Below are positions 35,866-44,840 of a DNA stretch of 53,120 nt, in pieces (position 1 is the stretch's first letter; the number at the start of each line of letters is the position of its first letter). The notes under the pieces are model-generated. The model made no database searches. It worked only from the letters and a program-made list of their open reading frames with translations, and was not told the DNA's origin. The position numbers and the translations under genes are program-made. The DNA is taken from positions 1-53,120 of IMG/VR virus record IMGVR_UViG_3300035633_000512; one strand, 5' to 3'. This DNA is from a virus (lineage: Duplodnaviria; Caudoviricetes).

Positions 35866-36950
35866 TGTCGTTCGCGGTCACCCAGACCGCCGACTTCTTC
35901 AAGCCCGGTGACAAGGTCACCCTCGGCAACGGAGAAGAGGGCGTGGTCAAGCAGCACGTCGTGTCGCCGACGGGCTTCCATTCGTACCGAGTGGACGTCA
36001 CGTCGGGGTCGCGTGCGGGCGGCACTGTAGGCGCAACAGCGCCTGCAATGCGGCGTCGTGGTCTGCGCACTGCGCAGCGTATCGAACCTGTGACCGTGGG
36101 AGACCGAACCTTCAACTGCCGTGTGGCAGCCTCGCCCCTGGAGCACCAGGTGGGGTTGCAGGGCACGGCAAGTCTCGACCCCAACGAGGGGATGCTCTTC
36201 GTCTTTGACCACCCGCGTCACGCGACCTTTCACATGGGCAGCGTCGGTTTTCCGATCGACATCATGTTCGTGGAGAACGGACGCGTGGCGCGTGTGGTCC
36301 GCTCTGCCAGCCCCGGAACCCGGGAGCGCTGGGGCCATCCTCGGACCGCTGCGGTCATCGAGGTGGCGGCCGGCCTTGCACCTCGCGTAGGTGCGCGTGT
36401 GGCAGCGCCGAGCCTTGGACGAGACCCTGAGCGCTACGAGATCAGCTTTCCTGAGAACGTCCACGACAACGGTGCGCGCACGAACCGCTGGAAGGAGCGG
36501 GGCACGCCCGACGACGCGGACCCGAACGCAGACCAGATGTCGCCTCGGGAGTTCGTGGACCGAGCGCCCTACAACCCGTTGGGCGACAGCCCGGCCACCG
36601 CGCCATTCCGTCCCTCCGCCCAGGCAATCAGCGACCCGGTCGACCTGTTCGTGGGCTTCATCGACTCCATGTCGAAAGAGGCACGCCCGCTAGACTGGCA
36701 CCGAAACGCCTTGTCCCCGAAGCTGGCGCACGCCATCATCACGCAGAAGGACATCGCAAGCTGGGTGTCGAACTTCGGCCTGACCGGTGGAGAGGCAACA
36801 GATGTTCTCTCGGCCGCGACCTCATCCGAAGGGATGCAGGTACTGGGAGACGGATTTGTCCTGAGCGGTCTCGCTCGTATCGCCAACGTCGCGTCCACCG
36901 ACGAAGGAGAGGTGCTCATCTTGTGGACGGAGTACGAAGATGTCGCGTAA
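35865..36950 (+). CDS. Modular protein with a DUF192 domain
   Basis: VAAS...GLQG...LDPNEGMLFVF...FHMGSVGFPIDIMFV...VIEVAAG matches DUF192; it follows RTAQ and an SH3-like FKPGDKV segment. Confidence 0.8.
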   Translation: MSFAVTQTADFFKPGDKVTLGNGEEGVVKQHVVSPTGFHSYRVDVTSGSRAGGTVGATAPAMRRRGLRTAQRIEPVTVGDRTFNCRVAASPLEHQVGLQGTASLDPNEGMLFVFDHPRHATFHMGSVGFPIDIMFVENGRVARVVRSASPGTRERWGHPRTAAVIEVAAGLAPRVGARVAAPSLGRDPERYEISFPENVHDNGARTNRWKERGTPDDADPNADQMSPREFVDRAPYNPLGDSPATAPFRPSAQAISDPVDLFVGFIDSMSKEARPLDWHRNALSPKLAHAIITQKDIASWVSNFGLTGGEATDVLSAATSSEGMQVLGDGFVLSGLARIANVASTDEGEVLILWTEYEDVA

Positions 36951-37734
36951 GGACAAGCTGACCCGCCTCATTCAGAAGGCCATGAACACCAAGCAGGCCG
37001 AGACTGCCTGGGACCTCGGGGACATCGACCTCGAACGGCGCCCGCTCGACCAGCGTGAGCACCCTGGCGCGGCAGCCATCCTCCTCGTGCGCGAGGCCAT
37101 GGCGCAGTTCGAGATCCCGTCCGAGGTGAGCCTCACCTACAAGGGCATGCGTCGCGCGTCGGGTCACGGGCAGCATCACCTGACCGACGGGCTCATTGAG
37201 GTCAACGCCGACTTCCGCTCCATCTCGGGCACCAAGCACCACGTCAACGTGCCGGTCATCGTGCACGGGGGCTACATGGTCTTCCCAGAAGTCTTTCAGC
37301 ACGAGGGTCAGACGCACGTCATGGCGCAGTCGGCCTTCGACGAAATCCTGAAGCGCGGCAACGTCTACCAGAAGATGCAGGACCGCAAGAATATGTACTC
37401 GCCGCACTTGGAGGAGCGCTCTTCGCCCGCGCCCGTCCCGGCGGTGGGCAACGGCCTGTTCGGCGTTCACGCGAGCAGCAAGCAGGCCGACCACACGCCT
37501 CACGGGCTCGACCCCGCCGAGCGTGACCACTCGCGGCAGCATCAGCCTGGTGACAAGGTCAAGCTCTCCAACGAAATCCAGGCACGCCTTCGTGGCGGTT
37601 CCCGCATCGTGTACACCGCAGGTACCGAGGTGACCGTCATTCGGGACATGGCCGGCGACGGGTACACGTACTACTGCGAGTTCCCTGACCGTCGCAGGGC
37701 GCCAGTCCACTATGCTGACCTCGCAGACGCCTGA
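36940..37734 (+). CDS. Hypothetical head-module protein with a C-terminal SH3-like domain
   Basis: Two KQA motifs; QPGDKVKL...GTEVTVI...YYCEF. Confidence 0.72.
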   Translation: MSRKDKLTRLIQKAMNTKQAETAWDLGDIDLERRPLDQREHPGAAAILLVREAMAQFEIPSEVSLTYKGMRRASGHGQHHLTDGLIEVNADFRSISGTKHHVNVPVIVHGGYMVFPEVFQHEGQTHVMAQSAFDEILKRGNVYQKMQDRKNMYSPHLEERSSPAPVPAVGNGLFGVHASSKQADHTPHGLDPAERDHSRQHQPGDKVKLSNEIQARLRGGSRIVYTAGTEVTVIRDMAGDGYTYYCEFPDRRRAPVHYADLADA

Positions 37735-39784
37735 GCCTGCACTCGACGGCTTCCTCGACGACTTCCAGGCTGCGGTCCAGGAAGCGGTCGACGACCGTCC
37801 AGAGACCTCGGGTCGCCTGGACGAAGAGCGTCAGTACCTCGTTACGCCCGCGCCCAACGCCATCCGATGGTGCGTCGAACCGCAGTTCGGCAACATGCCG
37901 TCGCTGTACGAGTACACGCGCTCGTACCAAGTCGTGCGGGACGTGTTCCAGCTGCGCTGCCCGATCTGCAACCCCCGCGGCGACACCGACTGCTGGGGCA
38001 GGACGCGCACTCAGCTCGACGCCGAGTGGCTGCTCGAATGGTCGCCCAAGCACGAAGAGGACGTGTGCCCGAAGTGCGGGACCACGCGCTCCGAGTTCGA
38101 GGAAGACGGCCTCCTGAAGCGCATCAACGCGCTCCACCTCGTCTGTGGACAGCGTTCAGGCAAGTCAGTCGTCGCGGCCATGATCGGCACCTACGTCGAG
38201 CACCGCATCCTGACCATTGCGCACTCGACCCCAGGTGGGTTCAACGCGCATCTCGGTCTGACCATCAAGGACCCTTCCGAGATCACCTTCCTCGCCTCGA
38301 ACGAGATTCAGGGACAGGACACCATCTGGGCGAAGTACCGCGCCATGCGCGCAGACGCGCCCTGGTTCAAGCGCTACGTCTCGTGGGTCAAGGACCAGGA
38401 GGCGAAGCAGAACACGCCGCCGGGCATGGAGCGTTGGGTCTACTCCGAGGCCAACCGGAAGATCATCAACGAGCATCCGGACTGCAAGTTCATCATCAAC
38501 TCGCTGAACTCGAACTCGGCGGGTCTCCGTGGTCGAACCCGCATCTTCGGAGGCCTCGACGAGGTGTCGCACATGCAGGGCGGCGAGTCGCGATTTTCAG
38601 GGGATGAGATCTTCCGCTCGATCGACAACTCCCTGCAGACGGTCCGCTCGCGTACGAAGCTCGTGGGCTCGCTTCCGTGGCTGGGACTGCTCGCATCGGT
38701 CACCAGTCCGCTGTCCAAGGACGACAAGGGCATGCGCCTTCTGAAGGACCCGCCGGACAGCATGCTCACGTACCATCTGCCGACGTGGCAGTTCAACCCG
38801 TTCGAGCCACGGGAGAACTTCGACGCCCTCTACCAGAAGGACCCCGTCGGCACCGAGCGAGACTTTGGCGCGAACCCGCCGCTGGCTGCGCACCCTCTCA
38901 TCCACGACGTGGGCCGCTTCCATGACCTGGTGACTGACGCGACGCTGGAACCCGCCTGTCAGTTCGAGACGCCGATGTTCATGGAGTCCGGCCACAGCTA
39001 CATCGGGATCAAGGTCAAGGACCTGCGCCCTCGGTACAAGCGCTCGCACTTCATTGCGCTCGACGCTGGCAAGAACTTCGACGCCTTCTCGGGCGCGTGC
39101 GCGCACGGTGAGGTGTACGTGGACCCGGACTCGGGCGTTCAGCGCACGAAGACCGTCCTCGACTGGGTCTTTCGGATCCTGCCGCAGCTCGGCACTGAGG
39201 TGTACTACGACGACATCTACGGGGTCATCAAAGGGCTCATGCAGTCCATGCCGATTCAGCGCGTCGAGTTCGACCGCTGGAACTCGACTCAGCTCATTCA
39301 GCAGATCCGCCGCGCTGGCATCGAGGCGGAGCAGAAGTCTCTGAAGAACGAGGACTGGATCCGCTTCCGACAGGACGCCTACGCCGGCACCATCGCCATG
39401 TTCCCGCCCGCAGCCGGCGAATGGGACAAGCCCTCGGGTGAGTACATCGTCGACCCTCCGGACATGCACCCGCACACCTGCGCCCTGTACGAGTTGGAGG
39501 GTTTGGAAGAAGACCCTGAGACCCAGAAGGTGTACAACCCTCGTAAGGGCCTCGAACGCGGCTTCAACTCGAACGACACGGCCCAGGTCGTGGTGCACGT
39601 GCACAAGATGGTTCAGGACGTTGGCTACACCGAGCGCATGAACGACCGCTCCCGCGACGCGCGACGCAAGCGTGCGCAGGCGGGCGGACAGGACTTCATG
39701 CGCCAGGGGATGGGCGGTGTCTACAACATGTCTCGACTGGGCGGCGGAGGTCCGCGCAATTGGGGCTCCGGACGAGGCTGGTAA
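37712..39784 (+). CDS. terL: Terminase large subunit
   Basis: Walker A CGQRSGKS, LRGRT, Walker B GLDEVSH, VTSP, PTWQFNP, RDFGA; nuclease ALDAGKNFDAF, FDRWNS, NDTAQ. Confidence 0.88.
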   Translation: MLTSQTPEPALDGFLDDFQAAVQEAVDDRPETSGRLDEERQYLVTPAPNAIRWCVEPQFGNMPSLYEYTRSYQVVRDVFQLRCPICNPRGDTDCWGRTRTQLDAEWLLEWSPKHEEDVCPKCGTTRSEFEEDGLLKRINALHLVCGQRSGKSVVAAMIGTYVEHRILTIAHSTPGGFNAHLGLTIKDPSEITFLASNEIQGQDTIWAKYRAMRADAPWFKRYVSWVKDQEAKQNTPPGMERWVYSEANRKIINEHPDCKFIINSLNSNSAGLRGRTRIFGGLDEVSHMQGGESRFSGDEIFRSIDNSLQTVRSRTKLVGSLPWLGLLASVTSPLSKDDKGMRLLKDPPDSMLTYHLPTWQFNPFEPRENFDALYQKDPVGTERDFGANPPLAAHPLIHDVGRFHDLVTDATLEPACQFETPMFMESGHSYIGIKVKDLRPRYKRSHFIALDAGKNFDAFSGACAHGEVYVDPDSGVQRTKTVLDWVFRILPQLGTEVYYDDIYGVIKGLMQSMPIQRVEFDRWNSTQLIQQIRRAGIEAEQKSLKNEDWIRFRQDAYAGTIAMFPPAAGEWDKPSGEYIVDPPDMHPHTCALYELEGLEEDPETQKVYNPRKGLERGFNSNDTAQVVVHVHKMVQDVGYTERMNDRSRDARRKRAQAGGQDFMRQGMGGVYNMSRLGGGGPRNWGSGRGW

Positions 39785-39785
39785 C

Positions 39786-42700
39786 ATGCAGGTTCTCTAC
39801 AAGGGACAGGTCGTCGGCAAGGTTGACGAGAACGAGGTGGGCTTTTGGTGGACGCCTCTGCACGAGGACGTCTTGCCCACGACAGGTCTGAAGGAGACGC
39901 TCGAAGAGGCCGTCGCCGAGATCGCCTACCGCTGTGAACTCCCCGCCGACCAACTCCAGGTGACCGCTGCCGTCAACGTGGTCGACGAGGCGCCCGAGTC
40001 TCATGACGACGCCTTCTGGGACACGAAGCAGCCCGGGCAGCTCGACACGCAGGACACCAACTTCCCCGCAGGCGAGATCAATCAGGACCTGTCCGGCGCC
40101 GACCCCTGGGCCAACCGACGTCAGCGTCAGGGCCAACTGCATCGGGCAGGCGCGCATCCCAGCTCGCATCCGCGGTTCAACCGGGAGGGCGATGAGCAGG
40201 GCAGCAGCGGCTCGCATCCGCACGCGGACGCGGCTCCGGTTTGGGACCCGAACGCTCAGGTCACGTGGAAGACCGACCAGGACTACCAGAACATCGCGCA
40301 GCAGTATGGACAGGTGACGCCCGGCGAGCACTCGAACCTGAAGTTCTACGACTACACACCCCACACTCAGTCGATTGATGACCTGGCCAAGGCGAAGGGC
40401 TACGACGTCTACCTCGCCGGTGGGAAGTACGAAAAGCCTGACCTGGAGCACCGCAACTACAACACAGGCCACCTGATGGTCTATGACCCTACGCCCGGCT
40501 CCGGGGGGACCTTCGACGACGAGCAGTACACGAAGGCCTGGCGGACCATTCACGAGCTGGCGCACGCTCAGGTCTACGAAGGTCTGAACGAGATGTACGG
40601 CGAGGGCCGCCGCATCGGCAAGCTCGGCTGGCAGCGTTCGCCCCGCGAAGCGAAGCGTGCCGTGCACTGGGAGTGGCTCGCCGCCCACCGTCAGCGTGAG
40701 CTGGCCGAAGAGTACCTCGACTACCACGTGCCGGACGAAGTGTTCAACATGGAACTCAACACCGTCATGCATGACGCCGTGCACCGTGCCATCACAGGCA
40801 AGTTCACGAACCCCGACCTCGAAGGCTTCGTGCCGTCCAAGGAGAAGGTCCCGTTGGAGGTCGCTCTTGGCATGATCGACGAGGCCGCGCGCAAGCTCGG
40901 GCTGCCTGACGATGAGTCGGTGCTCACACCTGAGCAGAAGAAGGAGCTGCGCCAGCGCAAGGCAGCAGGCGCGGACGACGAAACCTGGGCGCGCATTCAA
41001 CAGCTCGAAGAGCAGGCACTGGCCGCCTACGAGCGCGGCGACTTCCAGACCGCCGAGAACCTCGACGCCGAGTACGCAGACTTGGTCGAGTCGCTTGGGC
41101 AGGCCGACGCGGAGGACGAGTCGGTCTATGACCTCGACCCGTTCCACCAGGCTCTGTGGGAGATGGCCGAAGCCTACGAAGCGTTCCAGACGCGTGAACT
41201 CTACAACGGCACGGTCTTGACCAAGGATGCCCTGATTGAGCGTTTGGGTGGGATCGTCTTCGAACTCACGGGCAACCGCTTCCCGGCAGCGCAGCTGCTT
41301 GACGCCGCGCAGGACGCAGCCGCTCGCATGTCGGAGCTGCGCGGGCGTGGACGCAAGTCGGCCACGCAGCGCTGGTACCACGGCAGTGATGCGCCTCTGG
41401 ACGGCTTTGATGCGCCGCGACCGAAGTTCTCGGGAGCTGTGTTCTTGTCGCCCACACCCTCATTCGCTGCACTGCACGGCCCGCATGTCTACGAGGCGTT
41501 CCCTCGTGTCTCGACGATCTTTGAAGGGGCTGACCTGGTGCGCCCGGACGCCAGGTATTGGCCGCCTGATGAGTCTGAGCTGACTCCACTGGGGCGCGCT
41601 CTTCTTGAACTGGTGGACGGCGACCGCGAGGTGGTCGCGTGGGCGGTGCGAGAGGGGTACGACATCATCGAAGACGCGCGGGTCGTCGACCTACTGAAGC
41701 GTTGGGGCTACGACGCTGCGTATGTTCAGGGCGACGGGCCGCGCAACTTGATGGTTTTCGACCCACACCACGTTGAACTGAGTCAGCGCAAGTCGGCCAC
41801 ACCGTCAGGGCATGAGCTAGGTGACCTCACAGAAGACCCAGAGCTGGACAACCACACGCGTCAGCCGACACCGCGCAAGCTCGATGACGCGTTCCGCTGG
41901 AACGAGTCCTACTCGTCCGAGAACCAGTTCGAGGACCCGAACCTGAAGCTCGGTCAGCGTGCGGACGAGGACGACTACTCCTGGCTGGATGACGACGAAG
42001 ACGAGGGCTTCGACTGGGAGAACGTCTTCCCAGAGCCCGAAGAGGGCCAGGGACTGGCGGACGTCCTGGAACCGCTCCCTGACCCGGAGCCCGAGTCGCC
42101 AGACCTTCTCGACAGGGTACGCTTCGAGTTCGAAGGGCCGCGCGAGTGGCCTGAGAAGATCAACCCGCGTGACCCGCCTGAGGTGGAGATCCGACCGATG
42201 GTCGACAACCGAAGCCTCGGCTATCTGGTCCTCATGCTCTTGCGAGACGCTGAAGGGCGTCCCTTCGCACGGGTCACCGGTGCGAACATCGCACATGGAC
42301 TCCGCGGCTATGGCCTCGGCAAGCAGATGTATCGCGTCGCTCTCGACTGGGTGCGTGACCAGAACGCATGGATGGAGTCGGACACGGCCGTTTCGGAAGC
42401 GGCTCGTCGCGTCTGGCGCTCGTTGATGCAAGACGCTTTGGTCTCAAAGCGCTTCGCCCCAGGTCGTAACGTCGTCATCCACGAAGACCAAAGCGGCGAA
42501 GATTTCCCCTGGAGCTACGGACGCGACTGGGCACCTGAGCTGCACCAGCAGTACCGAAGCGCTCAGCGAGACCGCATGCCGGTGGCGTGTGTCGACCTCG
42601 ACGGCACCATTCTCGAAGACCCCGACTACGACATCACCGAGCCGTCGGGTCAGCCTGGGCTCGGCGAACCCAAGCGTGGCGCAGCTAGCGCTCTGCAGTC

Positions 42701-44834
42701 GCTCAAAGGGCTCGGCTGGACGCTCATCATCCACACTGCCCGCTTCTCGAAAGCACGCACGCCTGCGCAAGCCGAGCAGATGCGCGACGAGATCGAGGAC
42801 CACCTGCAGCGCGCGAATGTTCCCTTCGACGACGTAGCGACGGGCCCGAAGCCCATCGCGGACTACTACATCGACGATAAGGCCGTCGCCTTCAACGGCG
42901 ATTGGTGGGCAACGACCAAGCGCCTCACCGTCCAAGGACAGACGTCTGGGTACGCCTACCACACGACGCCTCATCAGAACCTCGACGACATCGCCCGAGA
43001 GGGATTGATGCCTTACGCACCTGATTACGGGACCGACCAAGAGGCTTGGCCTGACGGCGGCGAGGAAGACCGTATCTACTTCAGCCCAACAGAGCAGGGC
43101 ACTGAGCCCTTTCAACACTCGTCAGGACAACCAATCCTCCGCGTCCCGATGAGTGCCATCTCGGGACGGGAACGCTATACGGGAGACATGTACGCGCGTC
43201 ATGCCATCCCGCCGTCGGTCATCGAGGTGAGGACCGAAGACGGCTACGTGCCCATCCAGTCGTTTGTCCGTCAGGCCTACCTGAAGCCGGACAAGGAGCC
43301 GGGCGCCTCGCTCGTCGTAGTCGTGCCTGTGCCTATGGACTGGCCTGAGGTCAAGGACAACGGCCCCGCGCACCTGACCCTCGCTTACATGAAGGGGCCG
43401 CACAGCGAAGACGACATCGACCTCGCGCACTCGCTGGTACGTGAGGTTGCAGACAACCATGCGCCCTTCGACCTGGAGTTCGAGCCGGGTGTGGCGTGGT
43501 TCGAAAACGACAAGGGCGAGTCGATCGCACACAAGCGGCCTGAGGCTGGGCTTGACCAACTCACCGCGATGGCCAACGAACTGGTCGCTCTTTTGGTCGA
43601 GCACGGGTTCGAGGTCGGTCACGCTGACGAGCCGTTCAAAGCGCATGCGACCCTGAAGTACTGCGACGGGCGTAACTATGACGGCCCGGTTCCTGAGGGT
43701 GGCTTCCGCGTGGACCACATCAACCTCTGGGGTGCGAACGAGGAAGGCTACGAGCTGCCCCTCCGCAGAGGACGTACCGCCGCCGCGCTGCAGTCGCCAC
43801 CTCGCATGGTCGAGGATGTGCTCGAAGGCATTCGCGAAGCCGACGAGCCGGGGACCTTCATCGTGCCGTTCAACCCAGAGGACTGGCGCTACGCCGACGT
43901 GGCTCAGGCGCGCTTTCCGCTGGTCGTCGAAGTCTTCCATCCCAAGGACTTCAAGGCCGGAGACGCGGCGTACGCGCCGCACGACCGCACACTGAAGCTC
44001 CCCATCGACGCGTCCTATCAAACCGTCATCCACGAGATGACGCACTACACGCAGCACCTGCTGTCGGGCCGCGCGTCGGACATTCTGCAGCCTGACACAC
44101 GCGGCTACCCGTCGCCCCGGATTCAGACCGGCAACCCGTTCTACGAGATGGCCGAAGAGCTGAAGGCCGGAGGCGAGCACGCGCTCAGCGACGTCGAGTT
44201 CTGGCCCCGCGTCATGGAGTACGTCAGCATGGTCAAGCACATGGTGTCGCCGGGCGTCTTCGCTCGCGACGTCGGTCTGCGTGGCGTTCCGCGACAGGGC
44301 TTCTTCAAGACGTTGAAGGAGCGCGCACCGGCCAAGTGGCGCCAAGCAGTGAAGTACGCCTACCAGAACCTCTTCGCACAGGAAGAGCTGACGCCCTCCG
44401 AGTGGGCGATGTTCGGCCCGGACCCGAAGCTCCCTGAGCGCGACGCAGCAGGCACCGAGCTGGACCTGACTGGCAACCCGAACGATTGGGGTGACGAGTC
44501 TGGGGCCGGGACCCGCACCGACCTGAGCGTGAATCCGTACGGCGGACGCGACCAGCTCCTGAACCGTGCGGGCTCTGCGAACTGGGACAAGACCGTCCAG
44601 GCCGAGGCGAACCGCATGCTCGGACTGATGCTCGACCGAGGCCAGATGCGCTTCCGCTTCAGTCGAATCTCGAACCAAGGCAAGCGACAGCGCGACGCCG
44701 CCAACTTCCTCGTTCAGCGCGGGCTCGCCCACATCGTGGCGAAGCGCCAGATGAACGCGGACATGATTGTGACCATGGCACCTGGCGCGGGAGTTGCAGC
44801 GCAACCCGCTGAGGCGTACCCTACGGAGGGCTGA
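39786..44834 (+). CDS. Multi-enzyme (polyvalent) protein, ~1682 aa: zincin, ART-like, GNAT, HAD, second ART-like, 2H phosphoesterase, second zincin
   Basis: HELAH (40551); WYHGS...VFLS...GYDA (41370-41780); RGYGLGKQMY (42303); DLDGT...KP...YIDDK (42594-42885); YHTT...IYFS...IPP (42950-43230); HLTL and HATL (43371, 43644); HEMTH (44031). Confidence 0.85.
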   Translation: MQVLYKGQVVGKVDENEVGFWWTPLHEDVLPTTGLKETLEEAVAEIAYRCELPADQLQVTAAVNVVDEAPESHDDAFWDTKQPGQLDTQDTNFPAGEINQDLSGADPWANRRQRQGQLHRAGAHPSSHPRFNREGDEQGSSGSHPHADAAPVWDPNAQVTWKTDQDYQNIAQQYGQVTPGEHSNLKFYDYTPHTQSIDDLAKAKGYDVYLAGGKYEKPDLEHRNYNTGHLMVYDPTPGSGGTFDDEQYTKAWRTIHELAHAQVYEGLNEMYGEGRRIGKLGWQRSPREAKRAVHWEWLAAHRQRELAEEYLDYHVPDEVFNMELNTVMHDAVHRAITGKFTNPDLEGFVPSKEKVPLEVALGMIDEAARKLGLPDDESVLTPEQKKELRQRKAAGADDETWARIQQLEEQALAAYERGDFQTAENLDAEYADLVESLGQADAEDESVYDLDPFHQALWEMAEAYEAFQTRELYNGTVLTKDALIERLGGIVFELTGNRFPAAQLLDAAQDAAARMSELRGRGRKSATQRWYHGSDAPLDGFDAPRPKFSGAVFLSPTPSFAALHGPHVYEAFPRVSTIFEGADLVRPDARYWPPDESELTPLGRALLELVDGDREVVAWAVREGYDIIEDARVVDLLKRWGYDAAYVQGDGPRNLMVFDPHHVELSQRKSATPSGHELGDLTEDPELDNHTRQPTPRKLDDAFRWNESYSSENQFEDPNLKLGQRADEDDYSWLDDDEDEGFDWENVFPEPEEGQGLADVLEPLPDPEPESPDLLDRVRFEFEGPREWPEKINPRDPPEVEIRPMVDNRSLGYLVLMLLRDAEGRPFARVTGANIAHGLRGYGLGKQMYRVALDWVRDQNAWMESDTAVSEAARRVWRSLMQDALVSKRFAPGRNVVIHEDQSGEDFPWSYGRDWAPELHQQYRSAQRDRMPVACVDLDGTILEDPDYDITEPSGQPGLGEPKRGAASALQSLKGLGWTLIIHTARFSKARTPAQAEQMRDEIEDHLQRANVPFDDVATGPKPIADYYIDDKAVAFNGDWWATTKRLTVQGQTSGYAYHTTPHQNLDDIAREGLMPYAPDYGTDQEAWPDGGEEDRIYFSPTEQGTEPFQHSSGQPILRVPMSAISGRERYTGDMYARHAIPPSVIEVRTEDGYVPIQSFVRQAYLKPDKEPGASLVVVVPVPMDWPEVKDNGPAHLTLAYMKGPHSEDDIDLAHSLVREVADNHAPFDLEFEPGVAWFENDKGESIAHKRPEAGLDQLTAMANELVALLVEHGFEVGHADEPFKAHATLKYCDGRNYDGPVPEGGFRVDHINLWGANEEGYELPLRRGRTAAALQSPPRMVEDVLEGIREADEPGTFIVPFNPEDWRYADVAQARFPLVVEVFHPKDFKAGDAAYAPHDRTLKLPIDASYQTVIHEMTHYTQHLLSGRASDILQPDTRGYPSPRIQTGNPFYEMAEELKAGGEHALSDVEFWPRVMEYVSMVKHMVSPGVFARDVGLRGVPRQGFFKTLKERAPAKWRQAVKYAYQNLFAQEELTPSEWAMFGPDPKLPERDAAGTELDLTGNPNDWGDESGAGTRTDLSVNPYGGRDQLLNRAGSANWDKTVQAEANRMLGLMLDRGQMRFRFSRISNQGKRQRDAANFLVQRGLAHIVAKRQMNADMIVTMAPGAGVAAQPAEAYPTEG
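41352..41800 (+). repeat. 14-bp direct repeat CGCAAGTCGGCCAC flanking the ART-like domain
   Basis: Exact copies at 41352-41365 and 41787-41800, both in frame and encoding R-K-S-A-T. Confidence 0.85.
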
Positions 44835-44840
44835 ACCAGC

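Noticed and set aside
39672-39785. Upstream extensions of ORF-track starts (also 6659, 16727, 23639, 25290, 52101)
   Set aside because: They overlap neighbouring genes, promoters or a terminator; downstream starts fit the RBS, promoter or coupling evidence better.
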